DNA from: Pseudomonadota bacterium
Lineage (GTDB): Bacteria; Myxococcota; JACRCW01; JAFGSX01
DNA length: 64,000 nucleotides
Direction of reading: 5' to 3'
NCBI GenBank assembly: GCA_043821645.1
Contig: JBDRCO010000101.1
Location: 10,204-74,203 of the forward strand
Shown here: positions 36,055 through 45,106 of the stretch, one piece after another
Layout: every line of letters starts with the position of its first letter
Position numbering within the stretch: position 1 is the first letter of the stretch
Notes under the pieces: model-generated
The model's database searches: none
Seen by the model: the letters and a program-made list of their open reading frames with translations, nothing else
Told to the model about the DNA's origin: nothing
Made by a program: the position numbers and the translations under genes

Positions 36055-38826
36055 ATGAAAACCTGTCCTGGCTGCGGGGCCTGCTTCGAGGACCTCGACG
36101 ACCACTGTGCCTTCGACGGCGGCATCCTGGACGAGGTGTTTCCGGGCTCGCGAGCGCTGGCGGCACGTTACCTGCTCGAGCAGCGCGTGGCCGAGGGCGC
36201 CATGGGAGCGGTGTTCCGGGCGGTCCACCTGCAGATCGGTTCCACGGTCGCGGTCAAGCTGATGCAGCCGCGCAAGGATGAGCTGCAGGTGGGGCTCGCC
36301 AGGTTTCATCGCGAGGCGCAGATCCTGGGTCAGATCAAGCACCCCAACGCCGTGCTGGTCATGGACTTCGGGGTCGAAGAGCGCGAGGGCCAGAGCGTTC
36401 CATACCTGGTCACCGAGTTCCTTCGTGGCGAGTCCCTGTCCGAGCTGCTGCAGCGCAAGCATACCCTGACGCTCGAGGAGGCCGAGCGCATCATCACACC
36501 GCTGTGCGAGGCGGTGGAGGAAGCGCACCAGGCTGGCGTCATTCACCGCGACATCAAGCCCAGCAACCTGTTCCTCGAGCGCCTGCGGGATGGCAGCGAG
36601 GTGGTCAAGGTTCTCGACTTCGGCATCGCCAAGTTCGTCGAGGTGGCGCCCGGTTTCATGCAGCAGCTGGCCCGGGACGGCCAGGGCGCACCGGTGTCCG
36701 CGACCGAGCTCGACCTGTTCGACGAGGTCGCCGCGGTGCAGACCGGCGAGCACACCGTGCCCCTTCGCCCGGTGCGCAGCGCGAGCGCCCTGGAGGGTCC
36801 GCGCAGCGACACCATCACCGAGGCGGGCTTCATGGTCGGCACCATCCCGTACATGGCGCCAGAACAGATGACCGGCGAGCGCGTGTCGCGACAGAGTGAC
36901 GTCTTTGCCATTGCCAGCTTGTTGTTTCGACTGCTGGTGGGCCGGCTGCCCTTCACCGGGACCGATGACGAGGTCATTGCCGCCAAGCTGCAGGGACCGA
37001 GACCCCGGCTGCGCGACTTGCTGGGCGGTATCCCCGTGGCGCTTGACGAGGTCGTTTTTGCGGGCCTGGCCCTTCACCCGGGTGACCGGCCGGGGAGCGC
37101 CCTCGAACTTTCGCGCGCCCTGCGTGACGCCACGGCCACATCTCGCGAGGCCACCGACGATCCCACCCTCCATCTGGCCCTGCAGCTGCACAGCCTGTCG
37201 CGAACGGTCGAGAGAATCACCGAGGCTGCACGCGTGCTCGCCAGCGACAGTGACGTCGAGGGCAGCTACCAGCTGTTGCGCGATCGCATCCTGGGCATCG
37301 ACCGGCCACTGGCACGTGCCCAGCAACTGACCGAGCGTCTGCCGGCCCGGATCGACGGCGAGGCGGCGCTCTCCCTGCGCGAGGAGCTACAGGGTTTCGA
37401 GGACAGCCTGGAACCGGTGACCCGGGCACTGCGAGGCGTCGAGCAGGCGCGCAGCGACGAGCGCATGGGCTACCTGTCCGCCCTGTGGTCGCGACTGCTG
37501 CGGCATGCAAGCCGGATGCTGGGGCGCGTGGCCGAGCTGACCGTGCCGACGGAGTTTGAACTCCTGGCGACCACCCGGCCCCACAATCCCTTCGTGGTTG
37601 ACGACGAGGAGCCAACCACGGCCCTCGAGGCGCTGGCGACCGCCCTGCTGCAAGAGGATTCCCTGGACCGAACCGAGGCATTCGAATCCCTCATCACCGA
37701 GCATGCGGTCCGGCTGCAGTCCATGCTGGCTCTGGGCGCTCAGCGCAGCACACCGCTGATCGAGCGGCTGGTCGGGGGCCTGTGGCACCAGGCCGACTTG
37801 CTGATGTTGATGGAATTGTTTCCGCGTAGCCGCGGCGTTCGTCTGTTGCCCCTCCTCACGGCCTCGCGCGCGGTGCACGCAGCACGGCCCTTCGTGGTCC
37901 TGGCGAGCATTTACACTGGCCAGCAGCAGGGTGACACCACCGCCCATGCCAACGTGGAGGTGGCCGTCAATAGCCTGCCTTCTGCCGCCGACAGGGCGGT
38001 GCTGTGGCGCTGCCTGCTGGCGCACCCCCTGGCTGCGATCCGCGACAAGGCGGCGCAGGAGACCGGACCTGGCGAGTTCTGGGATGTTGTGGTGTACGAG
38101 CGCACGCCGCTGTGGACCCTGCGCGCCATCTTCGATCGCGTCCGCGAAGAGGCGCCAGCCGAGTACCTCAAGATCTTCTTCCTGTGCGTTCGCGACCGCC
38201 TGTCCGCGGTGCTCGATGCCGACGACGTGCACGAGGCCTTCGGCCTGCTGCAGCGCTTCTTCACCGTGCCGTGTTTTCACGAGGATGTCGTGTTCGAGCC
38301 TCTCCTCGACCTCGATCGCGTCCTGCGCGAGCGAGCCCGGGCTGCCGGTACCTCCGTGCCGGATCAGACCGGCTATGACGAGATGCTGGCGGATTTCACC
38401 GCCCACGGCGCCGTCGTGAGCCAGAAGCTGGAGCAGATGCGCCACATCCCGTTGCCCATCCAGCGCAAGCTCGCTCGCCAGGGCCACTTCTTGCTGCACT
38501 TCATCAGCCACAACAACGAGCGCGTGGCGCGGGAGACCCTTCCTCATCTGCTCAGGCTCGACGATGTCACGCCCTACCTGCGTATTCCCACCATCCACCG
38601 TGCGGTGCTGCTGGAACTGTCGCGGCACCGTCGCTTTTTTCGCAAGGCGTCGGCTCGCCTGGCCCTGCTGCAGAATCCCAAGACACCGGCCCAGGTCGCG
38701 CGCAACTTCGTCCCGCTGGTCGGGCACGAGCAGGTGCGCCTGCTCGCGAGCAACCGCCACGTTGGTGCGGATGTCCGGGCCTTGGCGCGGCTCTATCTCG
38801 AACGCTTGAAGCGTGGCGAGCAATAG
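36055..38826 (+). CDS. Ser/Thr protein kinase with an N-terminal Zn-ribbon-like CxxC...HC motif and a C-terminal helical domain of about 600 aa.
   Basis: N-terminal 'MKTCPGCGACFEDLDDHC'. Kinase subdomains 'GAMGAVFRAV...VAVK', 'HRDIKPSNLFL', 'VLDFGIAKF' and 'GTIPYMAPEQ'. A long alpha-helical C-terminal region. Confidence 0.85.
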   Translation: MKTCPGCGACFEDLDDHCAFDGGILDEVFPGSRALAARYLLEQRVAEGAMGAVFRAVHLQIGSTVAVKLMQPRKDELQVGLARFHREAQILGQIKHPNAVLVMDFGVEEREGQSVPYLVTEFLRGESLSELLQRKHTLTLEEAERIITPLCEAVEEAHQAGVIHRDIKPSNLFLERLRDGSEVVKVLDFGIAKFVEVAPGFMQQLARDGQGAPVSATELDLFDEVAAVQTGEHTVPLRPVRSASALEGPRSDTITEAGFMVGTIPYMAPEQMTGERVSRQSDVFAIASLLFRLLVGRLPFTGTDDEVIAAKLQGPRPRLRDLLGGIPVALDEVVFAGLALHPGDRPGSALELSRALRDATATSREATDDPTLHLALQLHSLSRTVERITEAARVLASDSDVEGSYQLLRDRILGIDRPLARAQQLTERLPARIDGEAALSLREELQGFEDSLEPVTRALRGVEQARSDERMGYLSALWSRLLRHASRMLGRVAELTVPTEFELLATTRPHNPFVVDDEEPTTALEALATALLQEDSLDRTEAFESLITEHAVRLQSMLALGAQRSTPLIERLVGGLWHQADLLMLMELFPRSRGVRLLPLLTASRAVHAARPFVVLASIYTGQQQGDTTAHANVEVAVNSLPSAADRAVLWRCLLAHPLAAIRDKAAQETGPGEFWDVVVYERTPLWTLRAIFDRVREEAPAEYLKIFFLCVRDRLSAVLDADDVHEAFGLLQRFFTVPCFHEDVVFEPLLDLDRVLRERARAAGTSVPDQTGYDEMLADFTAHGAVVSQKLEQMRHIPLPIQRKLARQGHFLLHFISHNNERVARETLPHLLRLDDVTPYLRIPTIHRAVLLELSRHRRFFRKASARLALLQNPKTPAQVARNFVPLVGHEQVRLLASNRHVGADVRALARLYLERLKRGEQ

Positions 38827-38841
38827 CGTTCTGATAAGGGG

Positions 38842-40281
38842 ATGAACACCGACGCACCGACCCTGACCGGCAAGAGCCGGCCCGTGGTTTTGCCACGGCT
38901 GCCTGTCCAGGACGCCCAAGCTGGAGCCGTGCCTGGTGGCTTGCGCATCGAACGCGCGGGGCACGCGCCCGTCGACATGGTACTGGATCCCGAACAGCGC
39001 TACCTGCTGGGACGCCATGACGCGGCGGACATCGGCTTTGCCGCGGCCGAGGTATCCAGGCTGCACGGCGTGCTGCGCGTGGTCGACGGCGTCTGGCACT
39101 ACGAGGACATGGGCAGCCACAATGGCAGCGTGCTCCGTCGCGCGGGGCATGCAAGCCAGGTCGCGCTGCAGGCCCGCGAGGCAATGGCTGTGGGTGTGGG
39201 TGACACCGTTGCCCTTGGCTGCGACGAGGCGCGGCTGCTGTTCGTGGAACGACCGCCACTGCCAGGTGTCCGGCACGACGCCACCGCCCGCTCTGAGATC
39301 GCCCGGCTGTTCGAGAACAACCTGCAGGTGGCCGCGCGCACCCGGGTCCCAGTGTTCCTGCTCGGTCCGTCCGGCTGTGGCAAGACGAGGGCGGCCAGGC
39401 GCATCCACGATCTCGGCAGGTCCAGCGGGTCGTTTGTGCCGGTCAACTGCGCGCGCTTGCCCGCGGACCCCTCGGCCTTGCACAGCGAGCTGCTGGGGCA
39501 CGTCAAGGGCGCCTACACCGGAGCCGAGGCCGATCGGACTGGCAGGTTGGTGCACGCCGACGGTGGGACCCTGTTTCTCGACGAGGTCGAGAGTCTCTCT
39601 CCGCTGGCCCAGGGCTTCTTGCTCGACGTGCTCGAGGGCAGCGGTGACCTGGCGCCCCTGGGCAGCCGGCGGCCCTTGCAGCAGGCTCCCATCTTCCGAC
39701 TCCTCTCCGCGTCCAAGCGACCTCTGGGGGAGAGCACGCTGCGCGACGACCTGTGTGAGCGCCTGGCCGAGGGACATTTGTGGCGCGTACCGACGCTGGA
39801 TCAGCGGCGCGAGGACATCCCGGGCTTGATCCGGGCCTTTGCCCGCGAGCAGAGCACCTTGCTGGGCGTCGAGGTGGAACTCGCCGAGGACACGGTCACG
39901 CTGGCTGTCGGGGCGGACTGGCCCGGCCAGATCCGGCAGCTGCGGGCAGCCATCTACGTGCTGGCACAGTGGCTGGTGGCCCGTACCATGGTCGATCACG
40001 CACCACCACGGCGGGTGCGCATCGAGCGCGTGCACCTGGTGCAACACCTGCGCGAGCGCGACGAGGCCTTTGGTCTGCGTCGAGACATCACATCCGATTC
40101 CGCGGCGGACTCGCGCGAGCAGGCTCCAGCCCAGAAAGCAGACGCCCGCCGCCTCAGTGCCGCTCAACTTCGCGCCATCTTGCAGGAGTGTGCAGGCAAC
40201 CGCAGCGAGGCAGCTCGCCGCCTCGGCATCGCGCGCAATACCCTGGCACGCAAGATTCGCGAGTTCGGGCTGGAGCCTTGA
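38842..40281 (+). CDS. Sigma54-dependent enhancer-binding protein with an N-terminal FHA domain (FHA, AAA+, Fis-type HTH).
   Basis: FHA ('YLLGRHDAADIGF...VSRLHGVLRVVDGVWHYEDMGSHNGSVL'). AAA+ sigma54-interaction domain (Walker A 'GPSGCGKT', 'GAYTGA' variant of GAFTGA, 'GGTLFLDEVESL'). C-terminal HTH 'NRSEAARRLGIARNTLARKIREFGL'. Starts 16 bp after the kinase stop. Confidence 0.85.
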   Translation: MNTDAPTLTGKSRPVVLPRLPVQDAQAGAVPGGLRIERAGHAPVDMVLDPEQRYLLGRHDAADIGFAAAEVSRLHGVLRVVDGVWHYEDMGSHNGSVLRRAGHASQVALQAREAMAVGVGDTVALGCDEARLLFVERPPLPGVRHDATARSEIARLFENNLQVAARTRVPVFLLGPSGCGKTRAARRIHDLGRSSGSFVPVNCARLPADPSALHSELLGHVKGAYTGAEADRTGRLVHADGGTLFLDEVESLSPLAQGFLLDVLEGSGDLAPLGSRRPLQQAPIFRLLSASKRPLGESTLRDDLCERLAEGHLWRVPTLDQRREDIPGLIRAFAREQSTLLGVEVELAEDTVTLAVGADWPGQIRQLRAAIYVLAQWLVARTMVDHAPPRRVRIERVHLVQHLRERDEAFGLRRDITSDSAADSREQAPAQKADARRLSAAQLRAILQECAGNRSEAARRLGIARNTLARKIREFGLEP

Positions 40282-40286
40282 GCTCT

Positions 40287-40375
40287 CCCGCGGCGGGCCG
40301 ACCGTCCCCATGCTTCCGAGGGGTGAAGGCGTCGGGACCTGCGCCCGCCGCAGAGGGGACGAGCCGACCGTCCCC
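40287..40375. repeat. Pair of short palindromic (REP-like) repeats: a partial copy at 40287-40310 and a full copy 'gcccgccgcagaggggacgagccgaccgtcccc' at 40344-40375.
   Basis: A perfect 7-bp-stem hairpin GGGGACG-agccgac-CGTCCCC at 40355-40375. The right half recurs at 40296-40309. The same consensus is found at 63743-63870. Confidence 0.6.
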
Positions 40376-40792
40376 GAAAGAAAACGAAAACCCCGGAAGC
40401 CCTGGCCGCTGACGCGGGCGACTGGCGAGGTCGCGGACTTCCGGGGTCGGTGATGCGCGCCCGTCCCGACCGCGGGACGTGATCGCGACGCGCAGGGTGA
40501 CCAGTGCGCCGGGCCGTCGACGTGGCCGTGGCCACGCCGCCGCCGGGAGGCGCTAGGGCGCCATCACCTCACGTGCCTGTTGAACTGCGAACACTGGATC
40601 ACCTCCTTTCCGGCGAGTGGCGCTGGGCGCCCGCCTCGTGGTCCGCACCCGAAGGTCGCCGCCGTCGCAACGCCCGGGTGTGCGCCGAAACCATCTTCGA
40701 CTCGGGGCCGTGTCACCCCTGCCAACCAATGTACCCGTCGTCGGGCGGGCCTGCCATGTAGGTGTATCTTTTTTTGCCTGACAAGCACGCAG

Positions 40793-41653
40793 TCAGGTGC
40801 CTCGGCTGACCCTGGAAATGATCAGGCGCTTGACCGAGTCGCGCACGCGACCTGTCTTGGCCAGCTTGCGCAATTCGGTCTCGGGCAGCCGGCCCAGGAG
40901 CTTCTCCACCAGGTCCATGGGGACCTTTGGGTTGCAGATCAGATTGCGGACCACGCTGCTGTGGCGCAACCACTCGGTCCGGCTGCCGATGCGCTTGAGC
41001 AGCTCGGGCTCGAGGGTCGTCATCGCGGCCATGGCGGCCACCTCGTCGGAGGTGAGGCCGGGGTTGGCCAGAACGTACTGCTGTAGGTTGCGGTCTTGCA
41101 GCTTGAGCACGTGGCGCCGCGCAGCCAGCTGTCCGCGCTTGGCCACCATGATGCGGTCAGACACCGATAGACCGGGCCATTCGATCAGCAGTTTCTCGAT
41201 GGGCCAGCCTGCCGGGCCCACCACCCCTGCCGGGCTGGGGTCTCGGTTGCTCGAGTCTGCCTGTGCCGGGTCGGTGCCGCTCCCATTGGCTGGCGATGCC
41301 GCAGGTGGCTCCTCGCCCGACTCCGACTCCGGGTCCGGGAACTGCTGTGCCTCCATCCACGCGAGCACCGGTTCGAGGCCCCCGGTCCCGGGCTCGACAC
41401 CCTCTAGCAGCTCATCCACCAGGGCGGGTTCCAGCAAGCGAACCACCAGACCGCCGTCGGGCATGAGCTGCAGGACCTCGACCGCGAGCGCGCCAGTCGC
41501 ATCGGGCAAGGTCACCTGGAGTTCCAGGCGTTCGAACTGCTTGACCTCGGGCGGGCCCTCGGCGGCTGGCAACAGCCACACCCCGCCCTGGCCCCGGCTG
41601 TCGACGAAGCGGCGCAGGTCCTCGAGGCTGTCACAGCGAAGCTGCAAGATCAT
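40793..41653 (-). CDS. Hypothetical protein with an acidic, Pro-rich linker.
   Basis: High-GC3 ORF, last gene of a minus-strand cluster downstream of the ABC transporter genes. No recognisable motif. Start taken at MILQLRCD; the ORF extends to 41689. Confidence 0.5.
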   Translation of the reverse strand: MILQLRCDSLEDLRRFVDSRGQGGVWLLPAAEGPPEVKQFERLELQVTLPDATGALAVEVLQLMPDGGLVVRLLEPALVDELLEGVEPGTGGLEPVLAWMEAQQFPDPESESGEEPPAASPANGSGTDPAQADSSNRDPSPAGVVGPAGWPIEKLLIEWPGLSVSDRIMVAKRGQLAARRHVLKLQDRNLQQYVLANPGLTSDEVAAMAAMTTLEPELLKRIGSRTEWLRHSSVVRNLICNPKVPMDLVEKLLGRLPETELRKLAKTGRVRDSVKRLIISRVSRGT

Positions 41654-41857
41654 GCTCACCCCTCGAGTGTAGCAGGGTGGCCGATCCATAGCCCGGGTTC
41701 AGGCAAACGGCAGGCCCAACCACAGCGGTCGCACGGCGACGTACCCCGCCACCACGACGAGCCACAGTGCTGCAAGGGCCCAGCTTTGCCTGCAGCGCCC
41801 AGGTCCTAGACCAGCACGATCCATCCGAGCAAGGCTGGGTCCACGAATGGACACGGT

Positions 41858-42958
41858 TCAGCGCTCGACCGGGAGCCGTGAGCCGTCCGGTGCGCATCCC
41901 ATGCGCCGCAGGATCTGCTCGCCGGTCACGGCGACATCGACATCAAACCGCCCGTCCTCGTGCGGCTGCACGCGCGCCTGCTCCAGCAGTGAGGCGAGCT
42001 CGCTGTCGCCGTCGCGCGCGGCCTGCAGGCGCCAGGCTGCCAGGGCGCCACCCACGGTCCGGGCCAGGTCCCGTGCCTGTGAGGCATCTGTGGCCTGCAG
42101 ATCCAGGCTCATGGCCACGTCGTCGTCGATACCCATGCGCACGGTGGCAGCGCTGAGCATGCCGCGCAGACGCTGGGCGACAGGGTCGGCTTCATCTTCG
42201 AGAAGCGCCTGCAGGAAGGCCGGGCCGAGCTCGCCATAGAGTTCTCCCGCGGCGTGCTCGAGCGAGGGCGACGGATCGCGCGGCATCGAGCCATCTAGCC
42301 GTTGCAGCGCCTGTTGCAGGGCAGGCAGCTCGCTGGCTGACAGCAGAAGGTTCTGGTCCACGATGGCAACGTATTCCTGCTCCGCCGCGGCGTCTCCACT
42401 TTTGCCTTCGACCGGCAGCGTGTACAGCATGGTGCGCGCATCGAGCCGTTGCCCCTCGCCAAAGACCTCGGGGATGCGCAGGCTCTGGAAGTACCCGCTG
42501 ACCGCGAACACATCTCGCGACAGCGCCACGCGGTCGATGTCGCGGTCCAGGTCCAGCCCGAAGTCCTCGCTGACCATGGCCAGACCGTTGCTGAGATCGC
42601 TGCCTCCGCAGCGCATCATCCTGTCAAACAGCGCACTCTGGCTGATGGCGTTGAGCTCGATGAAGACGGCGCCGCCCGTGCCCGGGGCAAGCACGCTGCG
42701 TTCGAGGGCGTCGGCGGGCAGGGTCGAGCTGCTCCCCACCATCGGGCCACCGTCGCTGCGCGCTGCACGCGCCTCCTCTGGCTTGGCTCGCTGTCTCGGT
42801 GGTCGTTGCCGCGGGTACACGATCTCGCGCGCGGGAGGCTCCCCTTTCTTGACGGCGACGTTGCCAGTGCCCGGGCCCGAATCACAGCGCGCGATCCACA
42901 GGGCGACACCGAGCAGGGCCACGGCCACGAGCAGGACAGGCCAGCGCGAGTGTCGCAT
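41858..42958 (-). CDS. Hypothetical exported/periplasmic protein, co-operonic with the ABC-2 transporter.
   Basis: N-terminal TM/signal 'MRHSRWPVLLVAVALLGVALWIA'. The start lies 1 nt after the permease stop. Confidence 0.55.
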   Translation of the reverse strand: MRHSRWPVLLVAVALLGVALWIARCDSGPGTGNVAVKKGEPPAREIVYPRQRPPRQRAKPEEARAARSDGGPMVGSSSTLPADALERSVLAPGTGGAVFIELNAISQSALFDRMMRCGGSDLSNGLAMVSEDFGLDLDRDIDRVALSRDVFAVSGYFQSLRIPEVFGEGQRLDARTMLYTLPVEGKSGDAAAEQEYVAIVDQNLLLSASELPALQQALQRLDGSMPRDPSPSLEHAAGELYGELGPAFLQALLEDEADPVAQRLRGMLSAATVRMGIDDDVAMSLDLQATDASQARDLARTVGGALAAWRLQAARDGDSELASLLEQARVQPHEDGRFDVDVAVTGEQILRRMGCAPDGSRLPVER

Positions 42959-42959
42959 C

Positions 42960-43793
42960 TCAGTAGTCCTTTCCGCTGACCACGAAGACCGCCCCGGCGA
43001 CCAGGGCTGCAGCCAGCACCAGGGCGCTCGCCACCGCCGGCGTCACCGCACTGTTCCACAGCTCGCCGCGACCGGCCGCCTCGGCACCCGCGGTGACCAT
43101 CCAGTGCAAGCGTGGCAAGGGCGTGATGATCACATCGACGGCGCTGCGTGCGAGACCAGGCTTGAACAGCGCCACGAAAGCAGCGCGGTCAGAAGCCACG
43201 ACACCCGCGATGAGCAGCAGCAGGCCGCAGCCCGCGGCGAGAGCTGGTGAGCGCACCAGCGAGGTCGCGAGCAACATGGCCGCGTACACCGGCAGAAAGC
43301 CCAGGATGGCCATGAGGGCACCTGCTGCGGGCGCCGCGGTGACGAAGCCGGTCTTGGCGAACAGCACGGCCGCCACGCCGCCCACGGCCACCAGCGTACA
43401 CAGCAAGCTGATCACGAGCACACCCGTGAACAGACCCAGCACCAGCTCGACGCGCCGCACCGGCAGCGACAGCAGCAGTTCGACCCGGCCCGGGGCGAGC
43501 ATGCTGGCCGCGGTTCCCGAGGTGGCGACGATGCCAAACAGCAAGCCCAGGTAGAACATCGGATAGGCGAAGGCGGCGAAGATATCGCGCATGGCCACGT
43601 CGAGGGGTACGATGGGATTGTGGAGCTGCAGGCCAAACAGCCGACCCGCTGCGAGGGTTCCCTCGACAACCTCCAGGTCCAGGGCCAGGGCCAGGGCGAG
43701 TACGCCCAGGGCGATGAAGCCCACCGCCGCCAGCATGAAGCGACGCGCAAAGGCCTCTCGCACCACGTCGCGCGCCAGGTTGGCGATGATCAT
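42960..43793 (-). CDS. ABC-2 type transporter permease.
   Basis: Six predicted TM helices with ABC-2-like organisation. The start overlaps the ATPase stop (ATGA at 43790-43793). Confidence 0.7.
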   Translation of the reverse strand: MIIANLARDVVREAFARRFMLAAVGFIALGVLALALALDLEVVEGTLAAGRLFGLQLHNPIVPLDVAMRDIFAAFAYPMFYLGLLFGIVATSGTAASMLAPGRVELLLSLPVRRVELVLGLFTGVLVISLLCTLVAVGGVAAVLFAKTGFVTAAPAAGALMAILGFLPVYAAMLLATSLVRSPALAAGCGLLLLIAGVVASDRAAFVALFKPGLARSAVDVIITPLPRLHWMVTAGAEAAGRGELWNSAVTPAVASALVLAAALVAGAVFVVSGKDY

Positions 43794-44812
43794 GCGTCCT
43801 CCTGGACGAACTCGGCGAGCACCTGCTCGAGGTCGCGGACGCGCGGTGTCACCTCGACGACCTGCAAACCCAAACCGATGGCACGGGCCAGGGCCGCAGA
43901 CAGCATCGCGGGATCATTGCCATCCAGAAGGAAGAGGGTGCCGTTCGCCTGCGCCGGATCGGCCCGGAAACCTGCCTGGCTCGCTCGCACCACCAGATCG
44001 CTGGTCGCCGAGAAACGAACCGCCACGCAGTGCTCGTCGCGGAGTAGGTGCATGGGCCCGGACCTCACCACGCGACCTCGATGTGCAATGGCGACGTGGT
44101 CGCACAGCTTCTCGGTCTCGCTGAGCAGGTGGCTGTTGAGAAAGAGCGTGGCACCGCGGGCCAGGGCTTCGCGGAGCACCTCGCGGATGCGCGCCCGACC
44201 CAGGGGATCGACGCCGTCGGTGGGCTCGTCGAGGAGCAGCAGTTCGGGTTGTCCCAGCAAGGCGATGGCCAGGCCCGTGCGCTGTACCATGCCCTTGCTG
44301 AAGGTCCCCACCCGGCGCTTCCAGGCGCTGCGCTCGAGCCCGACCTGGTCGAGCAGGTGAGGCACCTCGCGCTCGAGCTGTCCTGCACTCAAGCCCTTGA
44401 GGCGGCCCGCACTGCGCAGCACGTCGACGGCGCGCAGCATGGGCGCGAGCTGGAGGCGCTCGGGCAGGTAGCCGATACGGCGGCGGATGGCAGGATCGGC
44501 AGGATCACCGTCGAGGACCTGGACCCTGCCTGCGCTCGGGTGCACCAGCGAGAGCAGGATCTTGAGCAGGGTGGTCTTGCCGGCGCCATTGGGACCGATG
44601 AACCCGAAGGAACTGCCACGAGGGACGGTGAGATCAAGGCCTTCGAGAGCTCGAACCGCTCCGTAGCGCTTGGCCAGGCCCACGACCGCGATGGCGTTGG
44701 TGGAGAGGTGCGAGCTGGTCACGTCTTTCTCTCTGGTCGCAGGCCCGGTGACGCGCCCTGTGCCCTCGGGCAGCGGCCAGGCCCAATCTATCAGGAACCT
44801 CGCGTCGCGCAT
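43790..44812 (-). CDS. ABC transporter ATP-binding protein.
   Basis: Walker A 'GPNGAGKTT', Q-loop, ABC signature 'FSKGMVQR', Walker B 'LLLLDEPT' and H-loop 'LNSHLL'. The start is uncertain (ATG at 44812 or GTG at 44722). The long ORF to 46987 is an antisense extension. Confidence 0.8.
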   Translation of the reverse strand: MRDARFLIDWAWPLPEGTGRVTGPATREKDVTSSHLSTNAIAVVGLAKRYGAVRALEGLDLTVPRGSSFGFIGPNGAGKTTLLKILLSLVHPSAGRVQVLDGDPADPAIRRRIGYLPERLQLAPMLRAVDVLRSAGRLKGLSAGQLEREVPHLLDQVGLERSAWKRRVGTFSKGMVQRTGLAIALLGQPELLLLDEPTDGVDPLGRARIREVLREALARGATLFLNSHLLSETEKLCDHVAIAHRGRVVRSGPMHLLRDEHCVAVRFSATSDLVVRASQAGFRADPAQANGTLFLLDGNDPAMLSAALARAIGLGLQVVEVTPRVRDLEQVLAEFVQEDA

Positions 44813-45106
44813 GCCCGGGGCGTGGAGCCAGGTCCCGTGCCGGACAGAGCGGCTTTTCAGTGGCGTGCGAGTGGATAGGTCTGGCATGAGCAGAGCGAGA
44901 TCACGAAACGTGCCATCGCTCGGAATCGCCCGGTTAGGTGACCGTGCGTGCAGGACGTGGCGTCCCGCTTGCACCTTGGTGCTGCCGGAAGTGCGCGATT
45001 TGCGCAGGGTGCAGCTCGCACTTAACCTGCCGCGCGGAGCTGGATAGGATGCCAGAGGTATCCTGGGCGACCCAAGCACATGCGCGGGTCGAGCAGGTCC
45101 AGGAGG

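Noticed and set aside
37387-40311. A 974-aa minus-strand ORF.
   Set aside because: Antisense to the kinase and sigma54-activator genes, both of which have unambiguous motifs. The ORF has a Gly/Arg/Ala-rich shadow composition.
40769-40797. T7 run followed by hairpin CCTGAC-aagcacgca-GTCAGG overlapping the stop of the 40793..41653 gene.
   Set aside because: The orientation is wrong for an intrinsic terminator on either strand: the U-run precedes the stem on the plus strand and an A-run follows it on the minus strand. It is noted only as a possible structure.
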